The notes under the pieces: model-generated
What the model saw: the letters and a program-made list of their open reading frames with translations, nothing else
The model's database searches: none
What the model was told of the DNA's origin: nothing
IMG/VR virus record: IMGVR_UViG_3300020044_002336
Coordinates: 1 to 36,828 of that record
From: a virus
Taxonomy: Duplodnaviria; Caudoviricetes
DNA length: 36,828 bases
Direction: 5' to 3' (one strand)
Part shown: positions 1-6,582 of the stretch, piece after piece
Layout of the letters: every line of letters begins with the position of its first letter
How positions within the stretch are numbered: position 1 is the stretch's first letter
Program-made: the position numbers and the translations under genes

Positions 1-2
1 CT

Positions 3-152
3 TCAAAGAATGAGAAGTTATGCGTAACCTGTTCCTATTGTCCATACAAGAAAGAATGCTATCCTGATGTTCGTGCATTCAGTTATGCTGGCAAAGTGGA
101 ATGGCTTACTAAAGTTGTAGACACACCACGTGTACCGGAGATTACTACATGA
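3..152 (+). CDS. 3' end of Cas4-like/PD-(D/E)XK exonuclease (partial)
   Basis: Frame 3 reads SKNEKLCVTCSYCPYKKECYPDVRAFSY...PRVPEITT*. CxxCxxxxxC is the C-terminal Fe-S motif of Cas4/AddB-like nucleases. The stop overlaps the next ATG (ATGA). Confidence 0.6.
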   Translation, partial: SKNEKLCVTCSYCPYKKECYPDVRAFSYAGKVEWLTKVVDTPRVPEITT

Positions 153-889
153 GTGCTCGTATCCTGTTCTTGGACATTGAGACTGCACCTAACATAGCAT
201 ATGTTTGGGCACTATACGATCAGAATATTTCTACAGATCAAATAGTAGACACTGGCTACATTCTATGTGCTAGTTGGAAATGGCATGGCGAGAAGGAGGT
301 GCATTATGTCAAAGTTACAGGAGATGAGTTGTCTAGCTTGCAGACTCTTCACAAAGTTATGGACGAAGCTGATATCATTGTCCATTACAATGGCATCAAG
401 TTTGACATTCCCACGTTGAATCGGGAGTTTCTACTTCAAGATATTACGCCACCATCCCCGTCTAAGCACATAGACCTATTGAAAGTTGTGCGTAGACAGT
501 TTAGATTTAGTAGCAATAAACTTGACTTTGTTTGTCAACAGTTGGGGTTGCGTACTAAAGTTAAACACAAGGGGATGGAGTTGTGGACTGGCTGTATGAA
601 TGATGACAAGGCCAGTTGGAAGATTATGGAAGAGTATAATAAGAGAGATGTTGTTATACTAGAAGATTTGTATAACGCATTGCTTCCTTGGATTCCTAAT
701 CATCCTAACACCACTTTGTACACTGCTGAGAAGAATGTATGTCCTAGGTGTGGTAGTGACGACTATCAGAGTAGAGGTGTTATGCACACTCTAACAACGT
801 CGTATAAACGCTATCAGTGTAATGATTGTTCAGGTTGGTTTAAAGGTGAACTTGTTAAAGGAGAGAAAGTTGAGCACCGAGCATGTTAA
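149..889 (+). CDS. DnaQ/RNase H-like 3'-5' exonuclease with C-terminal zinc ribbon
   Basis: ExoI LDIET, ExoII HYNGIKFD, ExoIII YNKRDV; C-terminal CPRC...CNDC. Confidence 0.85.
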   Translation: MSARILFLDIETAPNIAYVWALYDQNISTDQIVDTGYILCASWKWHGEKEVHYVKVTGDELSSLQTLHKVMDEADIIVHYNGIKFDIPTLNREFLLQDITPPSPSKHIDLLKVVRRQFRFSSNKLDFVCQQLGLRTKVKHKGMELWTGCMNDDKASWKIMEEYNKRDVVILEDLYNALLPWIPNHPNTTLYTAEKNVCPRCGSDDYQSRGVMHTLTTSYKRYQCNDCSGWFKGELVKGEKVEHRAC

Positions 890-1049
890 GCGCAAAGCTA
901 TTCCGCAACACCGTCTATTGCGTAGCAAAGAACAAAACTTTGAGCATAAGGTGGTGAAGATGAAAAAGAATAGTCAAAAGCAAAAACTTGCTGATAAAGA
1001 TATCTCTCTATACATTCAAGGGAGGTATGATGACTCTGACCGACTTTAA
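870..1049 (+). CDS. Small basic hypothetical protein
   Basis: AAGGAG SD upstream of in-frame TTG at 870; MSTEHVKRKAIPQHRLLRSK... Confidence 0.55.
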   Translation: MSTEHVKRKAIPQHRLLRSKEQNFEHKVVKMKKNSQKQKLADKDISLYIQGRYDDSDRL

Positions 1050-1470
1050 TGAGTTAGCCTCTATCTACCATCCTAGGCTTGTACGTACAGCAGTTAAACG
1101 ATGGGGAGATGAGGGAGAGGATGTTGTCCAAGAGGCGTTCTTAAGAGCACTTGAGAACATAGAGAGTTTTAGACATGACAGCAGTTTCCCTACTTGGATA
1201 TTTGGCATATGCCTCAATATTAAAGCAGATGCTAATAAGACACTCCTCCCTGTAGATGACAACGTAGACGTTCTTAAAATACTAGACACTTCACCAACAC
1301 CTGAAGAGAAATTCAGTTACAATCAAATTATTGCTTTGTGTGAGAAACTACCTAGGCAACAACGAGAGAGTATTTTCAATAGGTTGAATGGAGAGGAGAC
1401 AGATAGGAAGAACTTATGGTGGGCTAAACAAGTATTATCAGGATTGTTAGGAATAGACGATGGAAAGTAG
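1027..1470 (+). CDS. ECF-type sigma-70 family factor (sigma2 intact, sigma4 shortened)
   Basis: EDVVQEAFLRA...FRHDSSFPTWIFGICLN = region 2; LPRQQRE = start of region 4; GGAGGT directly before ATGATG at 1027/1030. Confidence 0.8.
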   Translation: MMTLTDFNELASIYHPRLVRTAVKRWGDEGEDVVQEAFLRALENIESFRHDSSFPTWIFGICLNIKADANKTLLPVDDNVDVLKILDTSPTPEEKFSYNQIIALCEKLPRQQRESIFNRLNGEETDRKNLWWAKQVLSGLLGIDDGK

Positions 1471-1942
1471 AGTGAAACACTGGACAGATGCACGAATGCG
1501 TAGCTTCATTGTATCCACTATACGAGGAGGATTTGGTCGCTATCCTAACAAATACAGTGTTCTTAAGAGCGCTTTTGTTAGCAAGAAGATAAACAAAGAT
1601 AGTGGTAGGAAGAGTGCTCATTACAGATGTGCAGGGTGTAAACTAATCTTCCCATCGGCTAAAGTTGCTGTAGACCATATAGCACCTGTAGTTGATCCTG
1701 TTACTGGATTTGTTGATTGGAACACATACATTGATCGTATGTTCTGTGCAGAGAGTGGTTTGCAAGTGTTATGTGAAACATGTCACACTGAGAAAACTAA
1801 AGAGGAAAGGAAACTTAGAGAATGCAAAGACCCGTCCAAGAAGATGCCTACTACTGGTTCTCCATCACCAGCTTTGAAAACACGGTCAAGGAGCATAAAG
1901 CGGAAGAAGTTGTCAAAGACCTCGACTACGAAATTGCCATAG
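1460..1942 (+). CDS. HNH endonuclease with zinc-binding cysteines
   Basis: CAGC...VDHIAPVV...LQVLCETCH. Confidence 0.8.
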   Translation: MESRVKHWTDARMRSFIVSTIRGGFGRYPNKYSVLKSAFVSKKINKDSGRKSAHYRCAGCKLIFPSAKVAVDHIAPVVDPVTGFVDWNTYIDRMFCAESGLQVLCETCHTEKTKEERKLRECKDPSKKMPTTGSPSPALKTRSRSIKRKKLSKTSTTKLP

Positions 1943-1980
1943 CATTATACGATGCTCTTAAGAAAAGGTTTACACAATGA
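1822..1980 (+). CDS. Hypothetical 52-aa protein (not in ORF track)
   Basis: MQRPVQEDAYYWFSITSFENTVKEHKAEEVVKDLDYEIAIALYDALKKRFTQ*; purine-rich upstream; stop overlaps next ATG (ATGA at 1977-1980). Confidence 0.6.
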   Translation: MQRPVQEDAYYWFSITSFENTVKEHKAEEVVKDLDYEIAIALYDALKKRFTQ

Positions 1981-2144
1981 CTACACCACAGAAAGCATTA
2001 TGCATCGACATTGATCTTATATCAGGCGTTGCATTAGGATTGGAATTTGAATGGGATGAAACTGGCAGTGCTTTAGTATTGAGCATTGGTATTCTTAGGT
2101 TGTACATTGGATGGATAGATTTGGATAAACTAGATGATAATTGA
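1977..2144 (+). CDS. Hypothetical 55-aa protein (not in ORF track)
   Basis: MTTPQKALCIDIDLISGVALGLEFEWDETGSALVLSIGILRLYIGWIDLDKLDDN*; fills the gap before nrdA and overlaps both neighbours. Confidence 0.6.
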   Translation: MTTPQKALCIDIDLISGVALGLEFEWDETGSALVLSIGILRLYIGWIDLDKLDDN

Positions 2145-3918
2145 TTATTCACGTGACAAGTTGTTTGATGAGTTGGGCATCACTCGTCTTAAAGAGAGCT
2201 ACATGCGGGATGATGAAGCCTCTCCACAAGATAGATTTGCCTACGTATCTAAAGCATTCGGGAGCAATGAAGAACATGCACAAAGACTTTATGACTATTC
2301 TAGTAAGCATTGGCTTAGTTATAGCACTCCTATACTTTCCTTTGGTCGGAGTAGGCGGGGTTTGCCTATTAGTTGCTTCCTCAATTACATCGAAGATACA
2401 GCAGAAGGATTGGTTAACAACCTGTCTGAAACTAACTGGCTGTCTATGCTTGGGGGTGGCGTTGGTATTGGTTTTGGTATCCGTAGTACAGATGATAAGT
2501 CCACCGGGGTTATGCCTCACCTGAAAATCTATGACGCAAGTAGTTTGGCCTATCGTCAAGGTAGGACTAGGCGTGGTAGTTATGCTGCCTATCTGAACAT
2601 TGACCATCCTGATATTATTGCATTCTTGGAAATGCGTAAGCCCACTGGCGATCAGAATATGCGTACTCTTAACATGCATCATGGTATTAACATTCCTGAT
2701 GCGTTCATGTCTCTCATTGAGAAGTGCATGATTGATGCTAACGCTAATGATGATTGGCCTTTGTGTGATCCGCATAATGGCGAAGTAAGAGAGGTGGTGA
2801 GTGCAAAAGAGTTGTGGCAGCGCATTCTTGAGATGCGTATGACTACAGGTGAACCCTATCTACACTTCATTGATGAGAGCAATAGGAAGTTGCCTCAATG
2901 GTTGAAGGATAAGGGACTATCCATCAAGCAAAGCAATTTGTGTTCAGAGATCATTCTGCCTACTAGTGAGAAGAGAACAGCAGTGTGTTGCCTCTCCTCT
3001 CTTAATTTGGAGTATTATAATGAGTGGAAAAACGATGATCGCTTTTACCGAGATGTTGCAGAGATGTTGGACAACGTGTTGCAATATTTCATTGACAATG
3101 CCCCCGATGCAGTGCAACGAGCCAAGTATTCTGCTATACGTGAACGTTCTATTGGTGTAGGTGCATTAGGGTTTCATGCCTATTTGCAGCAGAATAATAC
3201 GCCTTGGGAGAGTGCTATAGCAGTGAGCACTAACAAACGTATGTTCCTTACAATACGGAAACACCTTGATGAAGCAAATAAACAATTGGGTAAAGAAAGA
3301 GGTGAAGCTCCTGATTGCGTTGGCACTGGCAATAGGTTTTCACACCTTATGGCTATTGCTCCCAATGCAAGCAGCAGCATTATTATGGGCAACACTAGTC
3401 CTAGCATTGAACCCTATCGTGCAAATGCTTACCGTCAAGATACTCTGTCTGGAAGCTACTTACACAAAAACAAATACCTAAACTCTTTCATAGAAGCGTA
3501 TAGTAAACACAATGGAATGAAAGAAGGATGGGTGAATGAAGTGTGGTCGTCCATCATTGCTAACGATGGTAGTGTTCAACACCTAGACTGGATGGATAAT
3601 TGGAATAAAGATTTATTCAAGACTGCTATGGAGATAGATCAGCGATGGGTGATACAACATGCTGCCGACAGGCAAGAATACATTGACCAAGCACAGAGTG
3701 TTAACGTGTTCTTAAGACCAGACAGCAACATTAAGTATGTCCATGCTGTTCACTTTCAGGCTTGGAAACAGAAACTAAAGACACTATACTATTGTCGTAG
3801 TGATAAGATTGCTAAAGCAGACAAAGTGTCTAAGCGCATTGAACGTGAAATTATTAAGGAGATTGATATGCACAACCTTACTGGAGATGCTAGTGCTTGT
3901 CTAGCATGCGAAGGGTGA
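2134..3918 (+). CDS. nrdA: Class I ribonucleotide reductase alpha subunit (short form, no ATP cone)
   Basis: PISCF, SNLCSEI (catalytic N-x-C-x-E), VCCLSS, IAPNASSS, KTLYY and C-terminal CLAC. Confidence 0.97.
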   Translation: MIIDYSRDKLFDELGITRLKESYMRDDEASPQDRFAYVSKAFGSNEEHAQRLYDYSSKHWLSYSTPILSFGRSRRGLPISCFLNYIEDTAEGLVNNLSETNWLSMLGGGVGIGFGIRSTDDKSTGVMPHLKIYDASSLAYRQGRTRRGSYAAYLNIDHPDIIAFLEMRKPTGDQNMRTLNMHHGINIPDAFMSLIEKCMIDANANDDWPLCDPHNGEVREVVSAKELWQRILEMRMTTGEPYLHFIDESNRKLPQWLKDKGLSIKQSNLCSEIILPTSEKRTAVCCLSSLNLEYYNEWKNDDRFYRDVAEMLDNVLQYFIDNAPDAVQRAKYSAIRERSIGVGALGFHAYLQQNNTPWESAIAVSTNKRMFLTIRKHLDEANKQLGKERGEAPDCVGTGNRFSHLMAIAPNASSSIIMGNTSPSIEPYRANAYRQDTLSGSYLHKNKYLNSFIEAYSKHNGMKEGWVNEVWSSIIANDGSVQHLDWMDNWNKDLFKTAMEIDQRWVIQHAADRQEYIDQAQSVNVFLRPDSNIKYVHAVHFQAWKQKLKTLYYCRSDKIAKADKVSKRIEREIIKEIDMHNLTGDASACLACEG

Positions 3919-3922
3919 TGGA

Positions 3923-4894
3923 ATGAGTCTTACATCCACTCGCTCCTCTTTCAAGCCGTTTAACTATCCTTGGGCATATGATGCATGGCTGAAACATGAA
4001 CAATCTCATTGGCTGCATACAGAAGTGCCTATGGCAGAAGATGTTAAAAATTGGAAAGGGAAACTAACCAATGAAGAGAAGCAATTCCTCACGAACATAT
4101 TCCGGTTTTTTACTCAAGGCGATATTGATGTGGCTGGTGGTTATGTCAATAACTATCTACCACATTTTCCACAACCTGAAGTAAGGATGATGTTGATGGG
4201 ATTTGCAGCACGTGAAGCATTGCACATTGCTGCCTATTCACATCTGATTGAAACACTGGGGATGCCTGAAGCTACATACAATGAGTTTCTAGCTTATAAA
4301 GAGATGCGAGATAAGCACGACTACTTGACAACCATCAGTGTAGGTGATACAATTGAAGATACGGCAAAGCATATAGCTGCCTTCTCTGCCTTCACTGAGG
4401 GTATGCAGTTGTTCAGTAGCTTCATTATGTTGCTTAACTTTCCTAGGCATGGATTGATGAAAGGTATGGGACAGATTGTTACTTGGTCGATTGTGGATGA
4501 GACACAGCATGCTGAGAACATGATTAAGTTGTTCCGTGAATACATCAAAGAGAATAGCAGTGTGTGGAACGATGTTCTTAAGAGCAGCATTTACAGCATT
4601 GCTGAGAAGATGGTGGAGTTGGAAGATGCATTCATTGACCTAGCATTTGCTAATGGGCCTATGAAGGATTTGGAAGCAGATGATGTTAAGAAATACATTC
4701 GCTACATTGCAGATAGGCGGCTCATCTCCTTGGGTATGAAGGGAATATTCAAGGTGAAACGCAATCCTCTGCCTTGGGTGGAAGAGATGATTAATGCTCC
4801 TGTGCATGGTAATTTCTTTGAGAATAGTGTTACAGACTATGCCAAAGGTGCATTGAAGGGGAGTTGGGAAGAGATTTGGGGAAGTGCAGCTTGA
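3923..4894 (+). CDS. nrdB: Class Ia ribonucleotide reductase beta subunit
   Basis: Di-metal ligands FFTQGD, EALH, TEG, DETQH; radical Tyr in HIAAYSH; C-terminal NFFE..VTDY. Confidence 0.97.
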   Translation: MSLTSTRSSFKPFNYPWAYDAWLKHEQSHWLHTEVPMAEDVKNWKGKLTNEEKQFLTNIFRFFTQGDIDVAGGYVNNYLPHFPQPEVRMMLMGFAAREALHIAAYSHLIETLGMPEATYNEFLAYKEMRDKHDYLTTISVGDTIEDTAKHIAAFSAFTEGMQLFSSFIMLLNFPRHGLMKGMGQIVTWSIVDETQHAENMIKLFREYIKENSSVWNDVLKSSIYSIAEKMVELEDAFIDLAFANGPMKDLEADDVKKYIRYIADRRLISLGMKGIFKVKRNPLPWVEEMINAPVHGNFFENSVTDYAKGALKGSWEEIWGSAA

Positions 4895-4896
4895 AA

Positions 4897-4914
4897 TGGG
4901 GCTGATCGGCCCTA
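4897..4914 (+). other. Small RNA hairpin between nrdB and the tRNA
   Basis: TGGGGCT-GATC-GGCCCTA, a 7-bp stem with G-U pairs and no U-tract. Confidence 0.5.
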
Positions 4915-4918
4915 ATAT

Positions 4919-4992
4919 GCTCCATTAGTTAAATGGTATAACACTTGATTTGTAATCATGGATTGGCAGTTCGATTCTGTCATGGAGCACCA
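4919..4992 (+). tRNA. tRNA-Thr(UGU), CCA encoded
   Basis: Acceptor GCTCCAT/ATGGAGC, D stem GTTA/TAAC, anticodon arm CTTGA-TTTGTAA-TCATG, T arm GGCAG-TTCGATT-CTGTC, 3' ACCA. Confidence 0.93.
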
Positions 4993-5004
4993 TAAGGAGG
5001 TAGT

Positions 5005-5295
5005 ATGTTTAGTGAGATACGTAACTGGGCACTAGATAGGAATTTGGTAACAGGTAGCACTCCATCAGTGCAGCTTAACAAGCTGATGGAAGAGGTAGGT
5101 GAGTTGGCAAGTGGTATTAATAAGCGTAACACTGAAGTGGTATTAGACAGTATTGGCGACACCATTGTGGTACTTACCATTATGGCTGCACAATATGGAA
5201 TAGAAGTTGAGAAGTGTATAGAGATGGCCTATGACACTATCAAAGATAGGAAAGGTCGTATGGTAGGTGGTATGTTTATTAAAGAAGGAGATTGA
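5005..5295 (+). CDS. MazG-like nucleotide pyrophosphohydrolase
   Basis: KLMEEVGELA...DSIGD...AYDTIKDRKG; perfect SD TAAGGAGGT. Confidence 0.9.
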   Translation: MFSEIRNWALDRNLVTGSTPSVQLNKLMEEVGELASGINKRNTEVVLDSIGDTIVVLTIMAAQYGIEVEKCIEMAYDTIKDRKGRMVGGMFIKEGD

Positions 5296-5296
5296 T

Positions 5297-5542
5297 ATGG
5301 ACACATTGAGTATTTGGTTTACTAGTGAGAATGACGATGGTAGCCATAGTGTGCAAGGCACTGATGTTACTGATACCTATTTTGTATGGACTGATGTAAC
5401 AGATGTTTTCCTGCGAACATTGATGGCTCAAGGGTATGTCATTAGTAAACAGATGTTTATTAAACACATTGAAGGACAAGATGCAATCTTCAATTGGCCT
5501 GATGCAGAAGATGAAGAGGAGGAGGAAGAGAATGCACATTGA
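5297..5542 (+). CDS. Small, very acidic hypothetical protein
   Basis: AAGGAG SD before ATG 5297; about 19 D/E versus 3 K/R in 81 aa. Confidence 0.7.
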   Translation: MDTLSIWFTSENDDGSHSVQGTDVTDTYFVWTDVTDVFLRTLMAQGYVISKQMFIKHIEGQDAIFNWPDAEDEEEEEENAH

Positions 5543-5705
5543 ATTGAAAGAAGAGCATGAAGATGGTAGTGGCACTTTCTCTCTAGACCTAAATCAAAAA
5601 GAGATTGAGCAGTTGGTTGGTTACGCAGTGAACGAATTATTGCGTAAACTTGTAGATGAGATGGCAAAGAATGGGACACTACCCTTTGAACAGTCCGGAC
5701 AGTAA
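5532..5705 (+). CDS. Hypothetical protein
   Basis: GGAGG SD; MHIELKEEHEDGSGTFSLDL... Confidence 0.7.
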   Translation: MHIELKEEHEDGSGTFSLDLNQKEIEQLVGYAVNELLRKLVDEMAKNGTLPFEQSGQ

Positions 5706-5889
5706 TGTAGAAGCAGTACGAGAGGCGTTGTTACAACGTAGTGTACGTGGACTAGAGAAGTATGGTGTTACAACAAATCGAACAGACTTGAGTGTGTTAC
5801 AGTGGCTCACTCACCTGCAAGAGGAGTTGTTAGATGCAGCAGTGTACATTGAAAAACTTAAAGGAGAAACAAATGGCTTACACAATTAA
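5671..5889 (+). CDS. Conserved phage protein, possibly all-alpha NTP-pyrophosphatase-like
   Basis: GLEKYG...RTDL...WLTHLQEELLDAAVYIEK; EExxD acidic helix. Confidence 0.6.
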   Translation: MGHYPLNSPDSNVEAVREALLQRSVRGLEKYGVTTNRTDLSVLQWLTHLQEELLDAAVYIEKLKGETNGLHN

Positions 5890-6079
5890 ACGAGTTGGTG
5901 GTATTCCGAAAGTTCTTAAGAGCATGAAGTTCAAGACGTATGATGAGGCTCGTCGGGCCATCCGTAAGTGGATTAATGCCCGAATTGCCCAAGGTAAGAT
6001 GATGAAGGTTGATGCGACTGAATATCTCAATCGCACCATTAACATCGGTAACTACGGCTTCAGTGTCACTAAGGGCTAA
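5873..6079 (+). CDS. Small basic hypothetical protein, last gene of the + arm
   Basis: AAGGAG SD before ATG 5873; overlaps the convergent SLT gene by 11 bp. Confidence 0.75.
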   Translation: MAYTIKRVGGIPKVLKSMKFKTYDEARRAIRKWINARIAQGKMMKVDATEYLNRTINIGNYGFSVTKG

Positions 6080-6581
6080 CACCTAGTCTGAAAGAGGCAG
6101 TTGGTTGGGGAGGAGGAGTGGCTTGTTGAGCACTCCTCTTTTCCATGTAATCTCGTATACGTTGTAGGTAGGGTGCAGTTTCTTTCTGAGATGGTAGTGG
6201 TTGTCCATCCATAGCTGCTTTCCCATTAGCCCTTCCACCATTGTAGTGAGCAATAGCTGCCATAGCATTGTTCTTATACATCCCTAGCAAGTCTTTGAAC
6301 ATACGCCCTGCAGCATCAATAGATGCCATAGGATCGTTAACATCATGTTCATAACTCTTTCTAGTCTTATCTATAAACTGCATCACTCCCTTTGCTCCAG
6401 CAGTGGACACTTGCCCAGTGTTGCTACGTTCACCGGCATTCTTAACAGCCACTATCAAATCTTTAGGTAGGCCATATCTCTCTTCTACAGCATTAGCAAA
6501 AGAGTCTAGTCTAGGATCATTGTACTTAATCTTAGACAATTCTTCTTGTGGCAAACCATTTAACTCTCTCCAATCAGCCAT
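6069..6581 (-). CDS. Lytic transglycosylase (SLT), probably virion-associated
   Basis: AGERS (catalytic E), GAKGVMQF, AIAHYNGG, ETAPY; likely start MADWREL at 6581 after GGAGG. Confidence 0.9.
   Translation of the reverse strand: MADWRELNGLPQEELSKIKYNDPRLDSFANAVEERYGLPKDLIVAVKNAGERSNTGQVSTAGAKGVMQFIDKTRKSYEHDVNDPMASIDAAGRMFKDLLGMYKNNAMAAIAHYNGGRANGKAAMDGQPLPSQKETAPYLQRIRDYMEKRSAQQATPPPQPTASFRLGVSP
6109..6142 (+). terminator. Putative intrinsic terminator of the + arm, lying inside the convergent SLT gene
   Basis: GAGGAGTG (6113-6120) / CACTCCTC (6131-6138) perfect 8-bp stem followed by TTTT, ~30 nt after the last + strand stop. Confidence 0.55.
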
Positions 6582-6582
6582 A

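Noticed and set aside
3-152. Cas4-like motif as evidence of a CRISPR-Cas system
   Set aside because: Solo Cas4-like nucleases are common in phage replication modules; no repeat-spacer array or other cas gene was seen.
4919-4992. tRNA as a prophage attachment site
   Set aside because: It is flanked by phage genes on both sides, with no integrase and no duplicated tRNA 3' end noticed.
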